From an uncultured archaeon (GTDB lineage Archaea > Nanohalarchaeota > Nanosalinia > Nanosalinales > Nanosalinaceae), in the NCBI GenBank assembly GCA_964421955.1, contig CAYQYU010000006.1:8382-64383 (forward strand): a DNA stretch of 56,002 nucleotides, in the 5' to 3' direction. The notes below the pieces were generated by a model that saw nothing but the letters and a program-made list of their open reading frames with translations, made no database searches and was not told where the DNA came from. The position numbers and the translations under genes are program-made. Below, piece after piece: positions 1 through 8,621 of this stretch (within the stretch, counting starts at the first letter, position 1; each line of letters starts with the position of its first letter).

Positions 1-1052
1 CTCCTAGTTCTTCTCCTCGGGGTGTTGCTGTGGATTCTAGTGATTGTGTTTGGGTATCTGATGTAGATAATGATAAGATTGTGGGTTTTGATCAGTCTGG
101 TTCTAGTTTTTCTAACTTTTCCGCTCCTAGTAGTGATCCTATTGATGTTGCTGTGGATTCTAGTGATTGTGTCTGGGTTTTGGATAGTGGTAATGATCGG
201 ATTGTGGGTTATAGTGGTGAGGGCGGTAGTAGTTTGGTTGTTTCTCCGGGTTCGGGTGACCGGCTGTTTATATCGAATGTTGATGATGATACTGTTGATG
301 AGTATAGTGTTGATGGTGGTTTAGGTGGGAGTTTTCCTTCTCCTAGTTCTTCTCCTCGGGGTGTTGCTGTGGATTCTAGTGGTTGTGTCTGGGTTTCGGA
401 TAGTGGTAATGATCGTGTGGTGGGTTTTGATCAGTCTGGTTCTAGTTTTTCGAGTTTTCCTGCTCCTTCTAATTTGCCTTATGGTGTTGCTGTGGATTCT
501 AGTGATTGTGTTTGGGTGGTTGATGATCAAGGGTTCGGTAATCCAGGCGTTATTGTGGGTTTTGATCAGTCTGGTTCTAGTTTTTCTAACTTTTCCGCTC
601 CTAGTGATGATCCTGGGGGTGTTGCTGTGGATTCTAGTGATTGTGTTTGGGTGGTTGATTCGGGTAATTCTATAGTTATGGGTTTTGATCAGTCTGGTTC
701 TAGTTTTTCGAGTTTCAGTTCTCCTAGTGATGATCCTGAGGGTGTTGCTGTGGATTCTAGTGGTTGTGTCTGGGTTTCGGATAGTGGTAATGATCGTGTG
801 GTGGGTTTTGATCAGTCTGGTTCTAGTTTTTCGAGTTTTCCTGCTCCTAGTTCTTCTCCTCGGGGTGTTGCTGTGGATTCTAGTGATTGTCTCTGGGTTT
901 TAGATACTGGTAGCGATCAGGCTGTGAGGTATGATAAGACTGGTACGGAGGAGAAGTCCCTGGATTTAAACTCTCCTCATGATGTTGCTTTCCTGTCGGG
1001 AACAGATTTCTCCTCGAAGATCGACCGTTTCCGTCTGGAGTTTTCGACCTAG
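1..1052 (+). CDS. NHL-repeat beta-propeller protein, 5'-truncated by window edge (probable surface protein)
   Basis: Frame open from base 3; repeated P-x-GVAVDSS-x-C-VWV-x-D-x-x-N-x-R-VVGFD-x-x-G blades (NHL consensus). Confidence 0.85.
   Translation, partial: PSSSPRGVAVDSSDCVWVSDVDNDKIVGFDQSGSSFSNFSAPSSDPIDVAVDSSDCVWVLDSGNDRIVGYSGEGGSSLVVSPGSGDRLFISNVDDDTVDEYSVDGGLGGSFPSPSSSPRGVAVDSSGCVWVSDSGNDRVVGFDQSGSSFSSFPAPSNLPYGVAVDSSDCVWVVDDQGFGNPGVIVGFDQSGSSFSNFSAPSDDPGGVAVDSSDCVWVVDSGNSIVMGFDQSGSSFSSFSSPSDDPEGVAVDSSGCVWVSDSGNDRVVGFDQSGSSFSSFPAPSSSPRGVAVDSSDCLWVLDTGSDQAVRYDKTGTEEKSLDLNSPHDVAFLSGTDFSSKIDRFRLEFST
21..900 (+). repeat. Intragenic tandem ~123-bp (41-aa) repeats
   Basis: Units start at 21, 144, 360, 483, 618, 741, 864; 360-467 and 741-848 are identical over 108 bp. 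Confidence 0.95.
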
Positions 1053-1102
1053 GGAACTAATATGGTTAAAGATGTGAATCTTTCTCACTAATATCTGTCT
1101 AG

Positions 1103-1813
1103 ATGAAGATAGTTGGCTACCTGATAACGTATAACGGGATCTCCGGTCACCTGGAGGACGCTATTGAGTGTATGGATGAGATATGCGAGTATATCTGCGT
1201 TAACGTTTCTGAGAGGAGTGATGACAGGACCTTGGAGTGGTGTCGTGAAAGCGGGAAGGTTGACGTGGTTCTAACGGAGGATCTGGAGTGGGCGGAGGAT
1301 GAGCCGGAGATCAGGAGGATGGCCTACAACCGGGCATTAAAGGATAATCCGGATGCGGACTGGATGATGTGCCTGGACGATGACGAGATTATACCCGAGG
1401 TTGAGAAGACGGTGGAGTTTCTACGAAACGTCCCTGAAGGTGTTGACATGGTGATGGGTAACATGTTTCATCTCTGGGAGGACGACTTTTACCGGGTGGA
1501 TGGGGACTGGAAGCCGTCAGAGAACAACTTCACCATTTTCGAGAACCTGGACAGTGAGAGAGAAGGAAAGTTCAAGAAACAGGGTATTCACGGCGGTCGT
1601 TTACCGCGTTTCGGAGAAGATTTTAAGGCGGCGCAGTTGATACCTGTCATACATTTTGGCTGGAGAACCTCTCATGAGGGCAGAATTCGGAAGATCAGGA
1701 GGAGAAACAAGTCACAGAATCTGGATGTACAGGTGGAGAGGAATATCCTCCAGAACCTTTTTGTCGAGCCGGAGCTGGAGCGTCTCCCCGAAGAGTGGAG
1801 GCATCTGGTGTAG
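1103..1813 (+). CDS. Glycosyltransferase family 2-like (GT-A fold)
   Basis: N-terminal ITYN, SDDRT, DWMMCLDDDE (DxD) and IHFGW motifs. Confidence 0.75.
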   Translation: MKIVGYLITYNGISGHLEDAIECMDEICEYICVNVSERSDDRTLEWCRESGKVDVVLTEDLEWAEDEPEIRRMAYNRALKDNPDADWMMCLDDDEIIPEVEKTVEFLRNVPEGVDMVMGNMFHLWEDDFYRVDGDWKPSENNFTIFENLDSEREGKFKKQGIHGGRLPRFGEDFKAAQLIPVIHFGWRTSHEGRIRKIRRRNKSQNLDVQVERNILQNLFVEPELERLPEEWRHLV

Positions 1814-1865
1814 TCAGGGGTTCCTACGAGTTAAAGTTATAACTGGTCTTCTTCAATAACTTCCT

Positions 1866-2051
1866 ATGTCGTTTATCGGTCCGACCGAGATGGCGTTGAT
1901 CGCCCTGGGCATACTTGCGCTTATTATAGGCCCGAAGAAGCTTCCGCAGCTTGCTCGCTCCCTTGGAGAATCGAAGAAGGAGTATCAGAAATCCATGAAG
2001 GAGGCTGAAGAGGCAACAGAGGATCTCAAAGGTAACGAAGAAGAGGAGTAA
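1866..2051 (+). CDS. tatA: Twin-arginine translocase TatA
   Basis: IGPTE, TM helix, GPKKLPQLARSLG amphipathic helix. Confidence 0.95.
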   Translation: MSFIGPTEMALIALGILALIIGPKKLPQLARSLGESKKEYQKSMKEAEEATEDLKGNEEEE

Positions 2052-2060
2052 GATTTCTTC

Positions 2061-2753
2061 ATGGAGGAAGAAGCTCTTCAGGATCACGTAGAGGAGCTGA
2101 GGAAGAGGCTGAAGTACTCTGCGCTGGCGCTCGTTTCCTGTACAGTTGTGGGTTACTATTTTTCCTCGGATATTTTGGCGTGGCTGCAGCAGGACCTTGC
2201 GTTCAGCCTGAACGCTCTCACCGCTTATGAGGTCTTCTACACCCAGCTGACGATCGCTTTACTTGCCGGGTTCATATTGTCCTTCCCGTTTATTTTCTAT
2301 CAGGTGTTGATGTTTGTGAAACCAGGTCTGAAACAGAGAGAGTACAGGATTCTGGTGAGTTATCTCCCTCTTTCAGTGGTACTTTTCACTTCGGGAGCGG
2401 TTTTCGGTTATCAGGTGGTATCAAAGGCCGCATTAAGTTTTTTCTCTTCTGCCACTCAGAGTTCTGATGTCGCGGCGGTCTGGGGTCTTAGATCAACCCT
2501 CAGTTTCGTACTCCAGCTTTCCGCTCTTAACGGTATTGTTTTTCAAATACCCGTTGCGGCGCTTGTGCTTTCAAAAGCCGGGCTTCTTGGAAGCGAGTCT
2601 ATGAAACTGTACAGGAAGCACTTCCTGGTGGCGGCTTTACTGCTGGCCGCGGTTGCCTCCCCTCCGGATGTTCTCAGTCAGGTGATGATCTTCGTACCTG
2701 TAGCAGGCTTGTACGAGCTCAGTATACTCCTGGTGACTTTCGTGGAGAAGTGA
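2061..2753 (+). CDS. tatC: Twin-arginine translocase TatC
   Basis: DHVEELRKRL, FVKPGL, FQIP, SPPDVLSQ, LYELSI motifs; follows tatA. Confidence 0.95.
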   Translation: MEEEALQDHVEELRKRLKYSALALVSCTVVGYYFSSDILAWLQQDLAFSLNALTAYEVFYTQLTIALLAGFILSFPFIFYQVLMFVKPGLKQREYRILVSYLPLSVVLFTSGAVFGYQVVSKAALSFFSSATQSSDVAAVWGLRSTLSFVLQLSALNGIVFQIPVAALVLSKAGLLGSESMKLYRKHFLVAALLLAAVASPPDVLSQVMIFVPVAGLYELSILLVTFVEK

Positions 2754-2827
2754 CAGTTTAGATCATACCAGGAGGTCCTGTTTTAAAGGTTTGCTCCCCG
2801 GTTTCAGATAGAACGTGATAGAACTAG

Positions 2828-4150
2828 ATGAAAGTTTACACTATTGGAGGATATGAAGAAGTCGGCCGCAACATGACCGCGGTCGAAGTTGACGGAGAAA
2901 CAGTTATTTTCGACATGGGATACGACATGGAAGAAGTCGTTGGCGCGGAAGAAGAGATCGACCAGCTGACCACGAACGATACCTTAGAGACCGGTGCAAT
3001 ACCCGAGGACGAGGTTCTTTACGAGCGCGACGCTAACGTTGTCGCGATAGTTATCGGACACGGACACCTTGACCACGTCGGTGCAATCCCGAAGCTTGCG
3101 GGCGCCTATGACTGCCCGATCTACTGTACTCCGTATACGAAAAGAATTGTCGAGAGAATGATCGAGGACGACCGGAAAAACATTGACAACCCCATAATTG
3201 AAGTTGAAAAGGACGATGAGGTCGAACTGACAGATTCAATGGCGCTCGAGTTCGCCCACGTCAACCACTCGATCCCCGATTCAACCCTGTCTCTGGTGGA
3301 CACGCCGGAAGGCTATGTTGTCTACGGCAACGACATGAAGATCGACCAGTCACCAGTGATCGAGGAGACCACAGACGTTGAGCGGCTGAAGGAAGTCGGC
3401 GAAGAGGGCGTCAAGCTCATGATTCCCGGCACAACGCGCGTGGACGATGACGGACGTGCGCGTTCCGAGGAGTCCGTGAAGGTCGAGCTTGAGGACGTCC
3501 TGAACTCGTGCTACCAGGCAGGAGGTGCCGTGATTCTCTCGACATTCTCCTCACAGATCGGCCGTCTCAACTCGGTGATCGACGCGAACAACGGCCGCAG
3601 AAAGGTCGCTTTTGTCGGCCGTTCACTGAGAGAATACGTTGAATCCGCGGAAGAACTGGGGCTCATCGACACGTCGAACATCGAGATCGTCTCCTACTTT
3701 GACGAGTGCGACGAGCTGATGACCCGGGTGGAAGACGAGAGGGAGGAATGGCTTGTAGTCGCGACAGGAAACCAGGGCGAACCCGGGGCACAGATGGACA
3801 AGATGGCCTCCGGAACCTACGGATTCGAGTTCGAGGAAGGCGACCACGTCATCTTCTCCTCACAAGTAATACCCACTCCTGTCAACGAGGCCAACCGCCA
3901 CCAGCTCGAGAAGAAGATGAAGGACAAGGGTGTGAGGATTTACCAGGACATCCATACAACCGGTCACGCGCAGCGTGAGGACCACAGGGACTTCATCAAC
4001 TTTCTTGATCCCGAGAACATCGTTCCCTCGCACGGCCACATCCGGAAGCTCGGCGCATACGTCGAGCTCGCCCGTGAAGAGGGTTACAGCCTCGAGAAAG
4101 ATATCTTCATCGGCGAGAACGGCCGCGTTATAGATATCGACTCGGCTTAA
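2828..4150 (+). CDS. rnj: Ribonuclease J (beta-CASP metallo-hydrolase)
   Basis: GGYEEVGRNM, HGHLDHVGA, HSIPD, TGNQGEP, HTTGH, PSHG motifs. Confidence 0.95.
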   Translation: MKVYTIGGYEEVGRNMTAVEVDGETVIFDMGYDMEEVVGAEEEIDQLTTNDTLETGAIPEDEVLYERDANVVAIVIGHGHLDHVGAIPKLAGAYDCPIYCTPYTKRIVERMIEDDRKNIDNPIIEVEKDDEVELTDSMALEFAHVNHSIPDSTLSLVDTPEGYVVYGNDMKIDQSPVIEETTDVERLKEVGEEGVKLMIPGTTRVDDDGRARSEESVKVELEDVLNSCYQAGGAVILSTFSSQIGRLNSVIDANNGRRKVAFVGRSLREYVESAEELGLIDTSNIEIVSYFDECDELMTRVEDEREEWLVVATGNQGEPGAQMDKMASGTYGFEFEEGDHVIFSSQVIPTPVNEANRHQLEKKMKDKGVRIYQDIHTTGHAQREDHRDFINFLDPENIVPSHGHIRKLGAYVELAREEGYSLEKDIFIGENGRVIDIDSA

Positions 4151-4199
4151 GCTATTTCAACTGGCTTCGAGAACAAAGCCATAGTGGAGACGCGTGGGG

Positions 4200-4610
4200 A
4201 TGGAATACACCAACAGAGAGATTATAGAGATCTACCTGATAGGATCAGTGATACTTTTCACGCTGTCAGTCGCGGGAACATTTCTCATATCCTTCATCTC
4301 CTCACCGATTGACCTGCTGATCCCTTTCAAGACTCTGAGTCTCTACACCGTCGCCGCATTTATCATACTGAACTACGTCACCTACAGCTACCTTGAAGGC
4401 GCCATAACATACGCGGTTCTTGCTGCGGAAGTGATAGTCGAGCTGGCCGCCGCCACAGTCTTCCTCCCACACCTGCTCGTGCTTTTCAGCGAGACCAAGC
4501 CCTACTCCATGACAGGCTATCCTCCCGGATTCATGCTTCTTCCCGGACTCAGCCTGCTTTTCGCCATAATCGGTGTCTTCGTCGTGATATACTACAGCGT
4601 CGACATCTAG
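4200..4610 (+). CDS. Hypothetical membrane protein (~4 TM)
   Basis: Hydrophobic ORF filling the rnj-gltX gap. Confidence 0.6.
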   Translation: MEYTNREIIEIYLIGSVILFTLSVAGTFLISFISSPIDLLIPFKTLSLYTVAAFIILNYVTYSYLEGAITYAVLAAEVIVELAAATVFLPHLLVLFSETKPYSMTGYPPGFMLLPGLSLLFAIIGVFVVIYYSVDI

Positions 4611-4647
4611 GGAAGGATTAAAGACATTTTCATCCAAGACCTTCAAC

Positions 4648-6312
4648 ATGGAACTTGAAGAGCTCGCACGGAAACACGCGCTGAAGAACGCGGTCGAGTA
4701 CGGCGGCGAATGCAATCCCGGCGCGGTCATCGGGAAGCTTATGGCAGAGGCCGAGGAAGAACCGGAGAAGGTCCAGGAAGTCGCGGGAAAGGTATGCTCG
4801 GAAGTGAACTCGATGGAGCTGGAAGAGCAGGAAGCAGAGCTTGAAAACTACGAGTTTGTTGAAGAAAATGAGGAGCACGACCCGGTTCCCGATCTGCCCG
4901 GTGCGGAGGAGGGCGAGGTAACTGTCCGTTTTGCTCCAAACCCGAACGGGCCGCCGCATATTGGACATGCCCGCGGCATGGTGATCAACGGCGAGCTGAG
5001 AGAGAAGTACTCGGGCAAACTCATCCTGAGGTTCGACGACACCGACCCAAGGAAGAAGCGGCCGATGAAAGAAGCGTACGAGATGTACGAGGAGGACTAC
5101 ACCTGGCTGGGTTATGCGCCCGATGAGGTGCGTTACAGCTCGAAGAATTTTGACACCTACATCGAGTACGCGGAAGAATTGATTGAAATGGAGAAGGCGT
5201 ACGTCTGCTTCTGCTCGGCCGAGGAAGGCCGGAAATTCCGCTCGGAAGGCGAGGCCTGTCCGCACCGTGACAAGAGCGCGGAGGAAAACATGGATGACTG
5301 GGAAGGAATGAGAGACGGTAGCATCGATGAGGGCGACGCGACTTTAAAGATCAAGACCGATCTCGACCACAAGAACCCGGCGGTCAGAGATTTTGTGGCG
5401 TTCCGTATAATCGACGATCCCGACCACCCGGTCACTGGCGACGACTACAGGGTCTGGCCGCTGCTTGACTTCCAGGGGGCAATCGAGGATCACGAGATGG
5501 GTACTACACATATCGTCCGTGGGAAGGACCTGAGAGCTTCAACCAGAAGACAGGAATACATCTACGACTATCTCGACTGGGAGTATCCCGAGATAAGGTA
5601 CTGGGGCAACGTCAACATTTCCGGATTCAACGCGCCGGTATCCGGTTCAACTTTAAAGCATATGATCGAAGACGGCGAACTCGAGGGCTGGGACGATCCA
5701 CGCGCACCAACGTTGAGAGCGCTGAGAAGGCGAGGTTTCCGGCCGGAGGCGATCCAGGAGTTCTTCATCGAGATGGGGGTCAACGAGAACGACGTGGAGG
5801 CGTCGGTTGAAACCCTGGAGTCGAAGAACAGGGATATCGTCGAGGACTCGGACCGCTACTTCTTTGTAGTAGACCCCGTCGAGGTAGAGATAGAGGATCT
5901 GCCCGAGGAGGTGGAGCCAGAGATGCCGCTCCACCCGGATCATCCTGAAAGAGGGACTAGGTCGCCTGGTCTTTCCAGAGAGGAAGGGAACGTGAAAGTC
6001 TTCATCGACCGTAAAGATCTTGAGGACGGCTTTATGAGGCTGAAAGGTCTCTGCAACGTCGAGGTGGAAGGTGAAGGGGCGCGTTATGTCGAAGGAGACC
6101 ACACCGTTGCGGTCGAAAAAGATGCGCCGATCATCCACTGGGTTGCATCAGATGCGGAGGCCGCGACCGTTACTATGCCGGACAACTCGCGCGTCGAGGG
6201 CCGGATCGAGGATGCTGATATAGGAGATGATGAGATAGTCCAGTTCGAGAGATTCGGCTTCGCTAGATGCGATAATTCCGCCGAAAACAGCTTCTACTAC
6301 ACACATTCTTGA
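4648..6312 (+). CDS. gltX: Glutamyl-tRNA synthetase (archaeal type)
   Basis: RFAPNPNGPPHIGH, RFDDTDP, THIVRGKD, GWDDPR, QFERFGF. Confidence 0.97.
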   Translation: MELEELARKHALKNAVEYGGECNPGAVIGKLMAEAEEEPEKVQEVAGKVCSEVNSMELEEQEAELENYEFVEENEEHDPVPDLPGAEEGEVTVRFAPNPNGPPHIGHARGMVINGELREKYSGKLILRFDDTDPRKKRPMKEAYEMYEEDYTWLGYAPDEVRYSSKNFDTYIEYAEELIEMEKAYVCFCSAEEGRKFRSEGEACPHRDKSAEENMDDWEGMRDGSIDEGDATLKIKTDLDHKNPAVRDFVAFRIIDDPDHPVTGDDYRVWPLLDFQGAIEDHEMGTTHIVRGKDLRASTRRQEYIYDYLDWEYPEIRYWGNVNISGFNAPVSGSTLKHMIEDGELEGWDDPRAPTLRALRRRGFRPEAIQEFFIEMGVNENDVEASVETLESKNRDIVEDSDRYFFVVDPVEVEIEDLPEEVEPEMPLHPDHPERGTRSPGLSREEGNVKVFIDRKDLEDGFMRLKGLCNVEVEGEGARYVEGDHTVAVEKDAPIIHWVASDAEAATVTMPDNSRVEGRIEDADIGDDEIVQFERFGFARCDNSAENSFYYTHS

Positions 6313-6406
6313 GGTTTTCTATACCCGGAAGTAATCACGGGATAAAACACAGCTTTGTTTATATACCATGGAAACCCCATAAAGTCTACAGGGGAGGGGT
6401 CACTGA

Positions 6407-6541
6407 ATGGCAAAGCTAACTCAAAGACTGGGGCTCTGTGTTATCTGCGGCAGCAGGGTGCACACTGATGATAGCTACCTGAAGTCCAGCGAGGGATACT
6501 GTCACAAAGCCTGCCTGAACGATTCATTCGTCACCGCATAG
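6407..6541 (+). CDS. 44-aa putative zinc-finger microprotein (not in ORF track)
   Basis: MAKLTQRLGLCVICGSRVHTDDSYLKSSEGYCHKACLNDSFVTA; CxxC...HxxC; GGGGAGGGGT SD-like site upstream. Confidence 0.7.
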   Translation: MAKLTQRLGLCVICGSRVHTDDSYLKSSEGYCHKACLNDSFVTA

Positions 6542-6573
6542 AAGGGAACACGGGCCCACTTCTTTCCACTTTC

Positions 6574-6996
6574 TTATCCGGTACTTTCGAGGTACCTGTT
6601 GGCCAGCTCTGCTGCTTCTTCAGCGGTCTTTGAAGTTCTTGAACTGGCGCGCTCGATCTGGTCTATGCCGGCAATAATACCTATGAGGGCGGTTTCGAGT
6701 TCTTCCTCAAAGTATTCCGTGTCCTGGTCAGTCTCTCTGGCAGCTACCCTGTAATGATCAACTGCTGCCTCGACCAGGTTCTTCCTGCTGGCAGGACTAC
6801 TTGCTACCTCAGGTAGTCCTACCAGTATCTGGTCGCCTCTATTAAGGTACTCTCTACCTTCACCGGAGATCTCACCGTAATCAAGTGCGGTCTCCAGGTC
6901 TCTTCTTATATCGGCCAGCATATCATAGCCATTGTTCTCAACAAAATAGCTTTTATCCGGTTCGAATCCTTCAAGCGTCTCTTCTAGTGACTCCAT
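6574..6996 (-). CDS. Hypothetical acidic protein
   Basis: 140-aa acidic ORF, ATG start, no recognised motif. Confidence 0.65.
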   Translation of the reverse strand: MESLEETLEGFEPDKSYFVENNGYDMLADIRRDLETALDYGEISGEGREYLNRGDQILVGLPEVASSPASRKNLVEAAVDHYRVAARETDQDTEYFEEELETALIGIIAGIDQIERASSRTSKTAEEAAELANRYLESTG

Positions 6997-7074
6997 TTTT
7001 TTTCTTCACCAGACTGGGTAAGAAAAGCCTAACTTTATATAGGGAAGACAGGATTCCGTGGTGCGAAACTGTGA

Positions 7075-7249
7075 TGGGAAGGGCGGGTTACGATCCCGCG
7101 GCCTCTGCGTTTCTCACATTTGCGCTCTTTTAATCATCGGGTCGAAAATCAAAGATTTTCTCGGACGGTCACGCAGAACGAGACCGTATCCCTCATCGCT
7201 CATAAAGTTGTTATGAGCGCAGCGCTCTTACCAACTGAGCTACCTTCCC
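7075..7249 (-). tRNA. tRNA with CAT anticodon (elongator Met or Ile2) containing a 101-nt intron (7111-7211)
   Basis: GGGAAGG/CCTTCCC-A acceptor; CTGCG/CGCAG anticodon stem; CTCATA|intron|A loop; BHB with CTCA/TGAG central helix. Confidence 0.92.
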
Positions 7250-7321
7250 CGAACTCAAATAGAGAGTTCGATAATCTGGCTCTGCGCTCGACGAGGTCGA
7301 GGCAGGCTTCATGACGATTAA

Positions 7322-7458
7322 TGGGTTCGCCCAGATTTGAACTGGGGATCTCCGCCAATTTGTCCGACCGAAAACCTTGCGGTTTTCTTAACCTCCTATC
7401 TCCTCGCGGAGAAAGTCGGGTGTCAAGGCGGTGTCATAACCAGCTAGACCACGAACCC
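7322..7458 (-). tRNA. tRNA-Val(GAC) containing a 63-nt intron (7358-7420)
   Basis: GGGTTCG/CGAACCC-A acceptor; CCGCC/GGCGG stem; TTGACA|intron|T; TTCAAAT T-loop; relaxed BHB. Confidence 0.93.
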
Positions 7459-7556
7459 TCTTTTATGGCTTTTTCGACAGTTGCGTGTATGTTGATGATT
7501 CCCAAAGTTATGCTTAAATAGATCGGTGAATACAGTTTACGTGAGGAGGAATCAGG

Positions 7557-7712
7557 ATGCCTGCAACCTGTGACGAGTGCGGCCGGGATCTACACGTCAA
7601 CCCCGTAGAGAAACCTAACGTCGACTGGGTGAAAGTTGTCTGTTCCCGGTGCGGATCGATAAAGAACATTTCTATGGTGCGTCTTTCCGCGAACACTCAG
7701 CGCAGGGAATAA
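7557..7712 (+). CDS. 51-aa putative zinc-ribbon microprotein (not in ORF track)
   Basis: MPATCDECGRDLHV...VKVVCSRCGSIK; two CxxCG motifs; GTGAGGAGGA SD upstream. Confidence 0.75.
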   Translation: MPATCDECGRDLHVNPVEKPNVDWVKVVCSRCGSIKNISMVRLSANTQRRE

Positions 7713-7726
7713 TATAAAGCTCTCCT

Positions 7727-8026
7727 CTACTTTCTGCGTCCCAGAAGCTTCAGGATTTTGTTTTTTCTCTCCCTGTTTTTCCTTCGCGCTTTCTCCCTGT
7801 TCTTTTCCGCCAAAGACCAGTAATAACGGTCGATCTGCCTAAATTTCTCGATCCTCGGTCCTAGGAGCCCGCCCAGTAGAGCCGCTGCTATAGTTGCGGC
7901 ACCCTCAAAAAGCAACGTAGTGGGTTGATTATAGAGGGGTTGTCCCAGGGCGGATATCAGAGAATAGAGGAGTGTATATCCCAGAAGTAATGCTACTGAA
8001 CCGCTCAGCCTACCGTCTTTGGGCAT
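7727..8026 (-). CDS. Small membrane protein with basic C-terminal tail
   Basis: Two hydrophobic segments then K/R-rich tail; ATG 8026 chosen to avoid overlap with ppa. Confidence 0.55.
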   Translation of the reverse strand: MPKDGRLSGSVALLLGYTLLYSLISALGQPLYNQPTTLLFEGAATIAAALLGGLLGPRIEKFRQIDRYYWSLAEKNREKARRKNRERKNKILKLLGRRK

Positions 8027-8087
8027 ATGAGCATTTAGTGATTCGAAGCAAATAAAAGATTCTTCTATCGACTTTTTCCTGATAACA

Positions 8088-8621
8088 ATGGTCAACAAGT
8101 GGCAGGACTACGAGACTGGTCCGGACGCTCCCGACACAATCTATGCTGTAATCGAAAATCCTGCAGGAGAGAAGAACAAGTACGAGTACGACAAGGAAAA
8201 GGAATCAGTGGTTCTCGACCGCGTACTTCACTCCGCGGTGCACTACCCCGGCGACTACGGATTTATACCGAGGGCTTACTACGAAGACGAGGATCCTATG
8301 GACATCCTCGTGCTCACAACGAATCCAACCTTCCCCGGCTGCGTGATCGAAGTTCGCCCGGTTGGAATTCTCTACATGGATGACGACGGCGAGCAGGACG
8401 ACAACATCATAGCGGTTCCGACCGAAGACCCAAGATGGGACGATGTCGAAGATGTTGAAGACATTCAGGGGCATAAGAGGGAGGAGATCGCCGAGTTCTT
8501 CCGGACCTACAAGAACCTTGAGCCCAAGAAGACCGTAGAGATCGAGGGATGGGGAGACGCAAACGAAGCAAAAGAGGCGATTGAGAGGTCACAGGAACTC
8601 TACGAAGAGGAGTTCGAGTAG
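8088..8621 (+). CDS. ppa: Inorganic pyrophosphatase (family I)
   Basis: KYEYD, LDR, YPGDYGFIP, DEDPMD, FFRTYKNLE. Confidence 0.97.
   Translation: MVNKWQDYETGPDAPDTIYAVIENPAGEKNKYEYDKEKESVVLDRVLHSAVHYPGDYGFIPRAYYEDEDPMDILVLTTNPTFPGCVIEVRPVGILYMDDDGEQDDNIIAVPTEDPRWDDVEDVEDIQGHKREEIAEFFRTYKNLEPKKTVEIEGWGDANEAKEAIERSQELYEEEFE

Noticed and set aside
70-903. Hydrophobic ORFs in the +1 frame of the NHL gene
   Set aside because: Shadow frames produced by T-ending codons in the repeats; broken by stops
1-930. Repeats as a CRISPR array or DGR template/variable pair
   Set aside because: Repeats are in-frame coding blades with no unique spacers; no cas or reverse transcriptase gene in the window; no adenine-specific difference pattern seen
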